DNA of 32,000 nucleotides, from the NCBI GenBank assembly GCA_016700375.1, contig CP065016.1, positions 240,001 through 272,000 of the forward strand, written 5' to 3'. The notes below the pieces were generated by a model. It saw only the letters and a program-made list of their open reading frames with translations. It was not told the DNA's origin and did no database searches. The position numbers and the translations under genes were made by a program. Positions 1 through 8,634 of the stretch are shown in pieces (within the stretch, counting starts at the first letter, position 1; every line of letters begins with the position of its first letter). The DNA is from Candidatus Saccharimonadota bacterium (lineage in GTDB: Bacteria; Patescibacteriota; Saccharimonadia; Saccharimonadales; UBA4665).

Positions 1-1
1 A

Positions 2-289
2 AACTATGCCAGTAAGTCAAAGCTGGTTCAGGGCGACATACTCAAACTTACCATAGCAGATGACGGCGCATTTCTATACAAACAAATCGGGCCAATCCCT
101 CGTAAGCAAGTCGTTGGTCAGCTCAAGCTCGAAGGTGGCCACTACTTCGTGAGCGTCGGCACCAAAGACTACCGCGTATTACTTGCCAGCGTCACGTATT
201 TCAAAGCCAAGCCCGGCGACCAGGTTTCTGTAAATGTTCCCGAAGAAGATGCCTCGGCCGAATGGGCCGCCCTAGAGGCAGCACTCTAA
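2..289 (+). CDS. 3' end of an unidentified protein (5' part lies outside the window)
   Basis: Frame 2 is open from the window edge to TAA at 287-289 (...VVGQLKLEGGHYFVSVGTKDYRVLL...AEWAALEAAL*). It is absent from the ORF track because it has no start in the window. No family recognised. Confidence 0.5.
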   Translation, partial: NYASKSKLVQGDILKLTIADDGAFLYKQIGPIPRKQVVGQLKLEGGHYFVSVGTKDYRVLLASVTYFKAKPGDQVSVNVPEEDASAEWAALEAAL

Positions 290-295
290 AGACTC

Positions 296-1177
296 ATGTG
301 GGTAGTTGCGCTCGTTATTAACCTAGTGTTGTTTGTGACATCTACACTCCTTCGTCGGCGTTTTGCACAGTCACACACTGTTCCGGCTAGCGTCACTCTT
401 GCTATCTCTTATACTTTGGGTGTTATGCCCCTAAGCATTGCTGCAGGTTTTTTGTTTCCGCACAATATAGACTGGTCATATTGGACCGCATGGCTGCTGT
501 TTTCCGCCAGCTTACTGGTAGCTCTCTTTATTTGGCTTTCGTTTATCGCCATACGATATCTGCCAGCCGCACTAAATCAAACCATTTTTCAGACACGTAT
601 TATCGTAACCATACTACTTGGGTGGTTGTTTCTGGGGGAAGGTCTTACTGCTAACCAGCTTATTGGTGCCGCCTGTATTTTGGCAAGCGGTATCATTGCC
701 GTGTGGGCACCGGCTAAAGCCCACCGCCACGGCAAAAGCACACACGAGCACCTTCTGAAAGGTGTATTTTTCACGCTTGCCTCTGCGCTATTTCTCGGAG
801 TGGGCGTCGTCGTGGAAAAGGCCGCAATTCAGTACATGGACATAGGAGCGTTCTTTATCTACGGATTTGGCATGCAGTCGCTGTGGCTGGTGCTTCTTGC
901 GCTGTGGGATTGGCACAAACAGCCCAGACTACAGCTTTCGCGGCAACTTGTGAAAGAATCAGTGCTTCTTGGCATGGTCGTCGCCGGGATTGGTGTGAGC
1001 TATTTTGCGGCTTTACGCGGGGCAAACAATGTTTCGCTTATAGCAGCACTTACCGCCACGGTACTCCCGCTAACGGCCATAGCGGCTCATTTCATACTAA
1101 AGGAGCGAGATGACGACAAACTCCTCTGGATAGCAATTAGCCTCGCCATAACAGGCGTGGTAGTTACTGCTTTGTAG
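296..1177 (+). CDS. EamA/DMT-superfamily transporter
   Basis: 293 aa with about 10 hydrophobic segments in two similar halves. Each half ends in an EamA-like motif (e.g. LGEGLTANQLIGAACILASGIIAV). Confidence 0.75.
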   Translation: MWVVALVINLVLFVTSTLLRRRFAQSHTVPASVTLAISYTLGVMPLSIAAGFLFPHNIDWSYWTAWLLFSASLLVALFIWLSFIAIRYLPAALNQTIFQTRIIVTILLGWLFLGEGLTANQLIGAACILASGIIAVWAPAKAHRHGKSTHEHLLKGVFFTLASALFLGVGVVVEKAAIQYMDIGAFFIYGFGMQSLWLVLLALWDWHKQPRLQLSRQLVKESVLLGMVVAGIGVSYFAALRGANNVSLIAALTATVLPLTAIAAHFILKERDDDKLLWIAISLAITGVVVTAL

Positions 1178-1203
1178 CACCTTACCTTACCTACTTGCTC
1201 ATG

Positions 1204-1650
1204 CTATTTCTTGTTGCGAATAAGCCGGATTTGAACTGCTGCAATCCGAGCCGTAGAGCCACAGCTTGGTTTCCCTAGACTGGTTGCGATGCGTGCACCC
1301 ATGTGGGCAAGCCTTCCGCAGCCAACGAGTACACTATATTTGTGTCTCTCTAACTGAGCTAGTCTATCTTCAGCCCACTTCTGTGTTTGCTCCGAAGACT
1401 CTATATCTCGCCTAATTCCTTCTTCGGACCACATGCCGTCCAATAACTCCCACGCCGGGAGTAATGCGCCAGAGCTCTGTCCGGTCTCAAATCTGTGTTG
1501 TTCTTCTATGAGTCGCATCCTTGCATCCATGGCACCTTCCTCAAGCCGTGCAGGACGAGTAGCCGCATGTCCTAAAATATCAGCAGTTTGAGCAATTTGT
1601 GCGTTCAGCTTAACCATAACCGGACAGTTCTCTGGACATGTAAATGACAT
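1204..1650 (-). CDS. hypothetical protein
   Basis: 148-aa ORF, convergent with the EamA gene and divergent from dnaX. No motif recognised. It is the only long ORF on either strand here. Confidence 0.5.
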   Translation of the reverse strand: MSFTCPENCPVMVKLNAQIAQTADILGHAATRPARLEEGAMDARMRLIEEQHRFETGQSSGALLPAWELLDGMWSEEGIRRDIESSEQTQKWAEDRLAQLERHKYSVLVGCGRLAHMGARIATSLGKPSCGSTARIAAVQIRLIRNKK

Positions 1651-1700
1651 AGTAATGATTATAGTTCATAATAACTTTATTGCAAATTGTAATAACTACA

Positions 1701-1730
1701 TTCGAAATCCTGTAAGGAAGCGACTATAAT
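1701..1730 (+). promoter_or_regulatory. candidate sigma70-type promoter for dnaX (TTCGAA-18-TATAAT)
   Basis: The TATAAT at 1725-1730 ends 10 nt before the dnaX ATG (1741), with no Shine-Dalgarno between them. This suggests a leaderless or near-leaderless transcript. Confidence 0.35.
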
Positions 1731-1740
1731 TAGTTGAGCA

Positions 1741-3252
1741 ATGGGGAAGGCGTTATATAGGAAATACCGGTCACGGTCACTGAGTGAAATTGTTGGGCAA
1801 GACCATATCACGACCACTCTTCAAAACGCACTTAAATCGGACAAAATTGCTCACGCCTATCTTTTAACCGGCCCACGTGGGGTCGGCAAAACATCTATAG
1901 CCCGTATCCTTGCCCATGAAATCAATGAGCTTACCTATAGTGAAGAGCCGCATTTCGACATCATCGAAATAGATGCCGCCAGTAACAACGGCGTCGAAGA
2001 CGTGCGCGACCTGCGTGACAAAATCATGAGCGCTCCAGCGAGCGCAAAGTACAAGGTTTTCATCATCGACGAGGTCCATATGCTCAGCAAGGCTGCCTTT
2101 AACGCGCTATTAAAGACACTAGAAGAACCCCCGGCCCACGTGGTCTTTATACTCGCCACCACCGAAGCACATAAGCTGCCCGAAACCATTATCAGCCGAA
2201 CCCAGCGCTATAGTTTCCGTCCGGCGTCGCTCGAGAAACTCATAGAAAACTTACAATCTATTGCGAAGGCCGAGAAAATAGCCATTGATGATGATGCACT
2301 TGTCACTATCGCCGAACACAGCGAAGGGAGCTTTCGCGACAGCGTGAGCTTGCTTGACCAGGCCAGTAGCATGAGTAGTCATATTACCAAAAATGAGGTC
2401 GAGCAGCTCCTAGGACGGGCGCCTGCTGAGCAGATTTCTGAAATTCTCGCTGCCGCTAGTCAACATGATGTCCAGAAAGGACTGTCTGCACTTCAGGCAT
2501 TGCTCATTCAAGGTCACGAACCGGCCATGATTGCGCGTCAGCTAAGCCAACAGCTACGTTCGAGTCTGCTCGAGGACAACGTACAGTTGAAAATTAACCC
2601 TGAAGTTGCCCTCCTATTACTACGTGAGCTCCTAGACGTTCCCCCCGCTCATAATCCCGCCGCCACGCTAGAGCTCATCATCATGCGCGTGTGTCTCAAC
2701 ACCGCTGATGCATCGCCGCAAATGAAGTTAACCCCACCAGAGGTCAGCAATGCGTCCCAGACGAAATCGGCTGCATTGGCCCCCAAAGACCCTCTGTTGC
2801 CAGCTGCAAAATCATCCAAGCTCGAAACACCTTCAGAACAACCTTCCCAGCCTATAGCCAACACTAAAGCATTGTCTGAGCCAGTTCCGGATGCCAATGG
2901 ACCTAGCAAACCCGCCGCCTCGGCCAATGACGATGATGTTGAGGCGCTGTGGCGAGAAGTATTGCAACAGCTCAAGCAGACGCACAATACCCTTTACGGT
3001 ATTGCCCGCATGGCTCGGCCAACACTCTCTGAAAACACGCTGACGCTTGAGCTAGCCTTTGCATTTCACCAAAAACGCTTAAGCGAACCACGGAATATTG
3101 CTGTCATTACCACCTTAACTGAAGCCGTGCGGCACAAACCAACCACTATTCGGTGCCAAAAAGGTGAATCTACGGCGCCAAAGACAACACCTGTCGACAC
3201 CATTTCGACCATAAGCAATATCTTTGGCGGCGCCGAACTGCTAGAATCTTGA
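1741..3252 (+). CDS. dnaX: DNA polymerase III subunit gamma/tau
   Basis: 503 aa. Clamp-loader AAA+ motifs are present: GPRGVGKTS (Walker A), IIDEVHML (Walker B) and SRTQRY. A Pro/Ser/Ala-rich linker is followed by a C-terminal domain. Confidence 0.93.
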   Translation: MGKALYRKYRSRSLSEIVGQDHITTTLQNALKSDKIAHAYLLTGPRGVGKTSIARILAHEINELTYSEEPHFDIIEIDAASNNGVEDVRDLRDKIMSAPASAKYKVFIIDEVHMLSKAAFNALLKTLEEPPAHVVFILATTEAHKLPETIISRTQRYSFRPASLEKLIENLQSIAKAEKIAIDDDALVTIAEHSEGSFRDSVSLLDQASSMSSHITKNEVEQLLGRAPAEQISEILAAASQHDVQKGLSALQALLIQGHEPAMIARQLSQQLRSSLLEDNVQLKINPEVALLLLRELLDVPPAHNPAATLELIIMRVCLNTADASPQMKLTPPEVSNASQTKSAALAPKDPLLPAAKSSKLETPSEQPSQPIANTKALSEPVPDANGPSKPAASANDDDVEALWREVLQQLKQTHNTLYGIARMARPTLSENTLTLELAFAFHQKRLSEPRNIAVITTLTEAVRHKPTTIRCQKGESTAPKTTPVDTISTISNIFGGAELLES

Positions 3253-3283
3253 GTAAAGCTAAGGGATAAGGACAACGAGGGAA

Positions 3284-4642
3284 ATGGCTACCGTACCAAC
3301 ACCGCCGCAGAACATTGAGGCCGAAGCGAGCCTACTGGGCGCTATTCTCATAGATACCGACGCCATAGTAAAAATTGCCGACAAAATTTCGGTCGATGAT
3401 TTTTACGACCAGAAACACGCTCGTATTTACGAAGCGCTACGAGCTTTATATGAAAAACGTTCGGCTATAGATGTTCTGACACTATCCGACCAGCTGAAAG
3501 GCAACGGATTTCTTGACATGGTCGGCGGACCGTCCTACCTGACCGAGCTGACAAACTTTGTCCCAACGGCCGCCCATGTTGAACAATACGCTGACATTGT
3601 TGCGCAAAAGGCGCTACGCAGACGGCTCATTTCGGCCAGCGCCGATATGGCAGACCTTGGCCAAGACGAATCAAAAGACCTCAAAGAACTCATAGAGGAA
3701 GCCGAAAGCCGTTTGTTTGCCGTTAGCCAACAGCATGTGAAGCAAAGTGTAGTCAGCCTCGAATCGGTTTTGGCCGAAAGTTTTGAGCGACTTGACGACC
3801 TCCACAAAGACAAAAACAAACTCCGTGGAGTACCTACTGGCTATCGAGACCTCGACAACATCCTTGCAGGCTTACAGCGTTCCGACCTGTTTATCATAGC
3901 AGCGCGCCCGTCAATGGGAAAAACCGCCTTTGTGCTAAACCTCGCGCACAAAGTCGCGACCCAGGCCAAGGAAGCCGTACTCGTTTTTAGTCTCGAAATG
4001 AGCAAGGAACAACTTGTTGACCGCTTGCTTGCTATGGAGTCTGGCGTCGATGCTTGGGCGCTTCGTACTGGTAAGCTCACTGATGATGATTTCGAACGGC
4101 TTGGCGAAGCCATGGGCACGCTATCGGAAGCAAAAATATACATAGATGACACACCGGGCATAACTGTCAGCGACCTCCGTACAAAAGCACGGCGCGAGGC
4201 CCACACACAGCAAATTGGCCTCATCGTCGTCGACTATCTGCAGCTTATGAGCGGTGGAAGCAAGTTCGGCGGCGATGGCAACCGTGTCCAAGAAATATCA
4301 GAGATTTCTCGCGGCTTAAAGGGGATTGCTCGGGAACTCAATGTACCCCTGATTGCTCTTAGCCAGTTGAGCCGCTCCGTCGAAAGCCGGAGCCCCAAGA
4401 TTCCGCAGCTGGCAGATTTGCGCGAGTCGGGGTCCATTGAGCAAGATGCCGATGTTGTGGCCTTCTTGTACCGAGAAGAATACTACGAACCTGACAGTGA
4501 ACGGAAAAACATTATGGACGTACTCATAAAAAAACATCGCAATGGCCCGACGGGCGGTGTGGAACTCTACTTTGACCGAGAAAAGCAACGTATCCGCTCA
4601 CTAGACAGTGGTCATGCCTCTATACCATTTGGTGCAGAGTAA
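3284..4642 (+). CDS. dnaB: replicative DNA helicase
   Basis: 452 aa. N-terminal PPQNIEAEASLLGAIL, Walker A ARPSMGKTAF, VVDYLQLM and ALSQLSR motifs are present. A GAGGG Shine-Dalgarno lies upstream. Confidence 0.95.
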   Translation: MATVPTPPQNIEAEASLLGAILIDTDAIVKIADKISVDDFYDQKHARIYEALRALYEKRSAIDVLTLSDQLKGNGFLDMVGGPSYLTELTNFVPTAAHVEQYADIVAQKALRRRLISASADMADLGQDESKDLKELIEEAESRLFAVSQQHVKQSVVSLESVLAESFERLDDLHKDKNKLRGVPTGYRDLDNILAGLQRSDLFIIAARPSMGKTAFVLNLAHKVATQAKEAVLVFSLEMSKEQLVDRLLAMESGVDAWALRTGKLTDDDFERLGEAMGTLSEAKIYIDDTPGITVSDLRTKARREAHTQQIGLIVVDYLQLMSGGSKFGGDGNRVQEISEISRGLKGIARELNVPLIALSQLSRSVESRSPKIPQLADLRESGSIEQDADVVAFLYREEYYEPDSERKNIMDVLIKKHRNGPTGGVELYFDREKQRIRSLDSGHASIPFGAE

Positions 4643-4716
4643 GCCAGTTCTGTGCACAAAACTCGGTAGCATTGGCTTTCATCATAGCTCACTGTATACT
4701 TACACATATACTTCTT

Positions 4717-5904
4717 ATGGAAAGAACACTGAACTTCCTGAGTGCGCATTGGCGACTGATTGCAGCTAGTATTGGGCTGGCTTGTGTTGCGTACGTTCTG
4801 TTATTTCGCGGTATTTCGACCCTTACGGTAGACTATGCGGCAACAGAGATTCAAACCAAGCAGGAAGCAAGTAGCCTCCGGTTGGTTTTCGACAACCCCG
4901 TTAATGCTCCATATAAAGTACTCGCTTGGACCGGACAAAAGCTTGGACACAACAGCATTGCCGTGACTCGTGTAGCTTCTGCGTCATTTGCTGTAGCCGT
5001 GGCGGTGTTATTTTACTGGGTAGCTACCCACTGGTACTCGAAGCGTGTTGCACTTCTCAGTAGCCTGCTATTTGTCTGTTCTTCGGGGTTTTTGCATATT
5101 GGCAGATATGGAAGCGCACTCATACTACAAATGGCAACCCTCGTCTTAATTTCGTGCGTTTTTTTGTTTCGGCGAACAAAACATGAATTCCTCATGGCAT
5201 ATGCAATCACCGCTGTCATTGCAGCCTGTTTATATGTACCGGGCATGGTATGGTTTGCGCTTATTGGGCTATACCTTATGCGCAAACGCATAGCTTACTT
5301 ATTCGGTAAGCTAGGCACGCTCCATACTGCACTCATCTTTACGCTGGGTATAGGGCTTCTCGTGCCTCTTCTACTAGCGATGTTCCGTGACATCACAGTT
5401 GCCCGAACAATTTTTGGGCTGCCCAGCACATTCCCTAGCCCAGCGTTACTCGTAGATAACTTTATTCACCTGGGCTCATCAGTTGTTTACAAGGGCTACT
5501 GGCCCACCGAATACTGGATGTACGGTGCGCCACTTTTGAATGTTGGTGAATCAGTTTTGTTTATAGCTGGCTTAATACTACTCGTTAAGCGTCCTATTTT
5601 AAGAGGAAATTATTTTCTCCTTGGGACACTCATTGTGTCGACTGTTCTCATTGTTATTGGCGGAAGCGCCACCATTGCCATGCTCACGCCGCTCATATAT
5701 CTCACCATAGCAGGCGGCTTATTTTACATGCTTGACCAATGGCTCACTGTTTTTCCAAGGAATCCAATTGCTAAATACAGTGGCGTTTTGCTTTTAATGA
5801 CACTGGTGAGTTTCTCCATACTGTATCACTTGCGGGCATACTATACGGCTTGGCCGAACGCGCCCGAAACAAAAGTGGTCTATTCCGTAAAACAACCCTC
5901 ATAA
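4717..5904 (+). CDS. polytopic membrane protein, possible GT-C (ArnT/PMT, GT39-like) glycosyltransferase
   Basis: About 395 aa from the ATG at 4717 (the track start at 4672 is a TTG adding 15 aa). More than 10 predicted TM segments with an early extracytoplasmic loop. The family call rests on overall architecture only. Confidence 0.4.
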   Translation: MERTLNFLSAHWRLIAASIGLACVAYVLLFRGISTLTVDYAATEIQTKQEASSLRLVFDNPVNAPYKVLAWTGQKLGHNSIAVTRVASASFAVAVAVLFYWVATHWYSKRVALLSSLLFVCSSGFLHIGRYGSALILQMATLVLISCVFLFRRTKHEFLMAYAITAVIAACLYVPGMVWFALIGLYLMRKRIAYLFGKLGTLHTALIFTLGIGLLVPLLLAMFRDITVARTIFGLPSTFPSPALLVDNFIHLGSSVVYKGYWPTEYWMYGAPLLNVGESVLFIAGLILLVKRPILRGNYFLLGTLIVSTVLIVIGGSATIAMLTPLIYLTIAGGLFYMLDQWLTVFPRNPIAKYSGVLLLMTLVSFSILYHLRAYYTAWPNAPETKVVYSVKQPS

Positions 5905-5937
5905 TCTGGTACAATAGGAAGACAAACGGAGGAAGTT

Positions 5938-6231
5938 ATGAGTCGATTTGACCAAGCAAAGATGCTACTACAAGTAAAAAAAATCCAAAAAGAACTGCAA
6001 AAAATGGTAATTACTGTAGAGCAGGGTGACGGCGCGGTGCGCGTTGAGATTACCGGCGAACAAAAAATTAAAAAAGTTAAAATTGACCCCGACCAGATTG
6101 ACCTCGATGACATAGAGCAGCTTGAGCGATGGATTGAAGACGCAGTCAAAGATGCCATCTCTGAAAGTCAGAAAGTTGCTGCAGAGAAAATGCAACCCTT
6201 CATGGGCATGCTCAGCGGCTTAGGGCTCTAA
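5938..6231 (+). CDS. ybaB: YbaB/EbfC nucleoid-associated protein
   Basis: 97 aa with typical YbaB sequence (MLLQVKKIQKELQKM...VRVEITGEQKIKKVKIDPD). A GGAGGAAG Shine-Dalgarno lies 4 nt upstream. It sits in the dnaX...recR neighbourhood. Confidence 0.9.
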   Translation: MSRFDQAKMLLQVKKIQKELQKMVITVEQGDGAVRVEITGEQKIKKVKIDPDQIDLDDIEQLERWIEDAVKDAISESQKVAAEKMQPFMGMLSGLGL

Positions 6232-6244
6232 GCCGCAAGCACCA

Positions 6245-6272
6245 AATTCCAAATAACAATTTCCAAACAACA
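6245..6272. repeat. left arm of inverted repeat bracketing the four-helix-bundle gene (TTCCAAA words)
   Basis: AATTCCAAATAACAATTTCCAAACAACA matches the reverse complement of 6663-6690 at 25 of 28 positions by hand alignment. The outer 10 bp are perfect. Confidence 0.8.
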
Positions 6273-6278
6273 TTCCAA

Positions 6279-6629
6279 ATGACAAATTCCAAGCCGGAAA
6301 ACCTCGAAGATCGAACGTTTCGTTATGCTGAAAACTGCAAAGCGCTTATTAAGCAGCTTCCGAAATCGATAACAAATATTGAGTATGCGAAACAACTCGC
6401 ACGCTCATCCGGTTCTGTGGCCGCTAACTACATTGAGGCGAATGAGTCTCTCGGCAAAAAAGATTTTGTCATGCGCTGCCGCATTAGCAGAAAAGAAGTA
6501 AAGGAATCTAGGCTTTGGTTGAAACTCATCGATACGACTGATGAGTATCGTCATAATCAGGCTCAACTAATCGATGAATCAACTGAGTTACTAAAGATAC
6601 TATCGTCAATAATTGGTAAATCATCGTGA
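6279..6629 (+). CDS. four-helix-bundle protein (23S rRNA intervening-sequence protein family)
   Basis: 116 aa. The family signature is visible: FRYAENCKALIKQL...ARSSGSVAANYIEANESLGKKDFVMRCRISRKEVKESRLWLKL. Confidence 0.85.
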   Translation: MTNSKPENLEDRTFRYAENCKALIKQLPKSITNIEYAKQLARSSGSVAANYIEANESLGKKDFVMRCRISRKEVKESRLWLKLIDTTDEYRHNQAQLIDESTELLKILSSIIGKSS

Positions 6630-6662
6630 ATGCTGTTTGGAATTTTACTATTGAAATTTGTT

Positions 6663-6690
6663 TGTTATTTGGAACTTGTGATTTGGAATT
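6663..6690. repeat. right arm of inverted repeat bracketing the four-helix-bundle gene (TTTGGAA words)
   Basis: Reverse complement of 6245-6272 (25/28). A further TTTGGAA word lies at 6636-6642. Confidence 0.8.
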
Positions 6691-6696
6691 ATCTCG

Positions 6697-7302
6697 ATGA
6701 ACCTATTACCGAAAGCACTCGAGGAGCTCATTGAAGCGTTCGGCAACTTGCCGGGTGTTGGTTCCCGTACCGCAGAACGCTACGCATACTACCTGGTGCG
6801 ACGCGACGCGGCAAAAGCTCACCAGATTGCCTCAGCCCTAAGCGCACTGCACGAAGGCGTAAAATACTGTCCGAAAACATTTGCCCTCATAGACGCCAAC
6901 GATGACGTTTCGCCGCTGTACAGCGACCCAAAGCGTGATAAAACTCTCATAGCAGTCGTTGCCGAACCACTGGATATCGTTGCCCTAGAGAAAACCGCAG
7001 CATTTCGCGGCACCTACCATGTGCTTGGCGGTCTTGTTTCGCCAATCGATGGCGTTTCGCCAGAGGAGTTGCACATAGCGGAACTTATTCAGCGTGTCAC
7101 CGAAGATAACGTCAGTGAAATTATCTTGGCTACTAACGCCAGTGTAGAAGGTGAGTCTACGGCCCTATACATCCAACAGCAGCTAGAGGGTCAAACGGTG
7201 AAGATTTCTCGCCTCGCTCGCGGCTTACCCATTGGTGTTGACTTGGAATACGCCGACCAAATTACCCTCGGCCGCGCGCTCGAAGGTCGTCAACTACTTT
7301 AA
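6697..7302 (+). CDS. recR: recombination protein RecR
   Basis: 201 aa. N-terminal helix-hairpin-helix LPGVGSRTAERYAY and a Toprim-type C-terminal half (ATNASVEGESTALYI). Confidence 0.93.
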   Translation: MNLLPKALEELIEAFGNLPGVGSRTAERYAYYLVRRDAAKAHQIASALSALHEGVKYCPKTFALIDANDDVSPLYSDPKRDKTLIAVVAEPLDIVALEKTAAFRGTYHVLGGLVSPIDGVSPEELHIAELIQRVTEDNVSEIILATNASVEGESTALYIQQQLEGQTVKISRLARGLPIGVDLEYADQITLGRALEGRQLL

Positions 7303-7568
7303 TCCGAAATATGTTCAAATCGGGGAAGTGTAGCGCCTTGCCAGGCAACAGTTTCGAGCCAGACGCTCATCCAGCGGGCAAAGTGAATATCTGGTGCATC
7401 AAATGGTGAGTAGATAACTTCAAAGTCAAGGGTTTCTTCGTCAAAAGCTATTGCTGTCACGCGGTACTCGCCCCCTTTATAATGTCGCCAACGGGAGCCC
7501 ACAGCCACAATTTCTTCGGCCTCGGCCATCATTTCACGCAGCTGTTTGAAGTCTTTTTTCCGGCTCAT
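7299..7568 (-). CDS. DUF1653 domain protein
   Basis: RWRHYKGGEYRV...VIYSP signature. Start placed at the ATG at 7568 (MSRKKDF...), 7 codons inside the track ORF. Its 3' end overlaps the recR stop by 4 nt. Confidence 0.7.
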   Translation of the reverse strand: MSRKKDFKQLREMMAEAEEIVAVGSRWRHYKGGEYRVTAIAFDEETLDFEVIYSPFDAPDIHFARWMSVWLETVAWQGATLPRFEHISD

Positions 7569-7590
7569 ACCTACAGCATAGCATAACAAC

Positions 7591-7619
7591 TTTGTATATC
7601 TGTCCTACCGAAGTACAAT
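7591..7619 (+). promoter_or_regulatory. candidate promoter for the DHH gene (TTTGTA-17-TACAAT)
   Basis: The -10 hexamer ends 7 nt before the ATG at 7627, with no Shine-Dalgarno. This geometry fits a leaderless transcript. Confidence 0.35.
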
Positions 7620-7626
7620 AGTGTGT

Positions 7627-8634
7627 ATGCAGGAGAAAATTCGGGAAACCATAGAAGCAGCGCAAAAGATTGTTGTCATCCAGGCTGACAACCCCGATGC
7701 CGATAGCCTTGGCAGCGCCCTTGCACTTGAACACGTCTTAGGCGACTTTGGAAAAGACGTTGTCCTGTACTGCGGGGTCAATGTGCCTGAGTATCTGCGT
7801 TACCTAGCGGGTTGGGACAGGGTGGTAGATACGCTCCCCAGCCAGTTCGACCTCAGCATCATTGTCGACGCCAGCACCTACACGCTGCTCGATAAGCTCG
7901 ATAAAAGCGGCCAACTTGCCTGGGTGAAATCAAAGCCATGCATTGTTCTTGACCACCACGCTACCGTCGAGAAAAAGATAGACTTTACAAGCCTCCAGCT
8001 CATTGATGAACATGTCGCCTCCACCGGGGAACTCATATTTCATCTGAGCACTTCACTTGGTTGGGCTGTTTCGAACGAAGCGGCAGAATATATTATGACC
8101 TCAATCTTGGGCGATACCCAAGGGCTTATGAACGACCTCACCACCGCAACAACCTACCGCACCATGGCGGACTTAACCGAGCTGGGTGCAAACCGCCCTC
8201 GACTCGAGGAACTCCGCCGCGAATACGGGAAAATGCCGGAAAAAATTTATACCTATAAGGGCATGCTTATTGCTCGGACAGAATTTTACGCCGAAGGGAA
8301 AGTTGCTCTCGTGCACATCCCACAACCAGAAATTAACGAATACAGCCCCTTGTATAACCCGGCACCACTCATACAGTTTGATATGCTTCAGGTTCGTGGT
8401 ATTGCGCTTGCCATTGTAATCAAAAGCTACGACGACGGACGTGTCACTGCAGCACTACGCGCCAACAATGGCTACCCAGTAGCAGCAAAGCTTGCCGAGG
8501 AAATGGGCGGGGGAGGGCATGACTATGCCGCCGGATTTAAGATTACGGATGGTCGTAGATACGATGAAGTGAAGGCTGAGTGCATTCGTATTGCTTCAGA
8601 CTTGCTTCAGACCACCCGTGGAGATATTGCATGA
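7627..8634 (+). CDS. DHH/DHHA1 phosphoesterase (NrnA-like oligoribonuclease/pAp phosphatase)
   Basis: Motifs DNPDADSLGS, VDAS, LDHH and GGGGHDYAAG (DHHA1) are present. ATG at 7627 is preferred over GTG at 7621. Confidence 0.85.
   Translation: MQEKIRETIEAAQKIVVIQADNPDADSLGSALALEHVLGDFGKDVVLYCGVNVPEYLRYLAGWDRVVDTLPSQFDLSIIVDASTYTLLDKLDKSGQLAWVKSKPCIVLDHHATVEKKIDFTSLQLIDEHVASTGELIFHLSTSLGWAVSNEAAEYIMTSILGDTQGLMNDLTTATTYRTMADLTELGANRPRLEELRREYGKMPEKIYTYKGMLIARTEFYAEGKVALVHIPQPEINEYSPLYNPAPLIQFDMLQVRGIALAIVIKSYDDGRVTAALRANNGYPVAAKLAEEMGGGGHDYAAGFKITDGRRYDEVKAECIRIASDLLQTTRGDIA

Noticed and set aside
1741-3252. E. coli-type programmed -1 frameshift site in dnaX
   Set aside because: Scanning by eye found no A-AAA-AAG heptamer in the coding region, and there is no evidence for a gamma-specific product.
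4672-4716. TTG start at 4672 for the membrane protein, and the 8580 start for cysS
   Set aside because: Both are alternative-codon extensions without a ribosome-binding site. Internal ATGs (4717 and 8631) give N-termini that match family expectations, and 8631 forms an ATGA coupling with the upstream stop.
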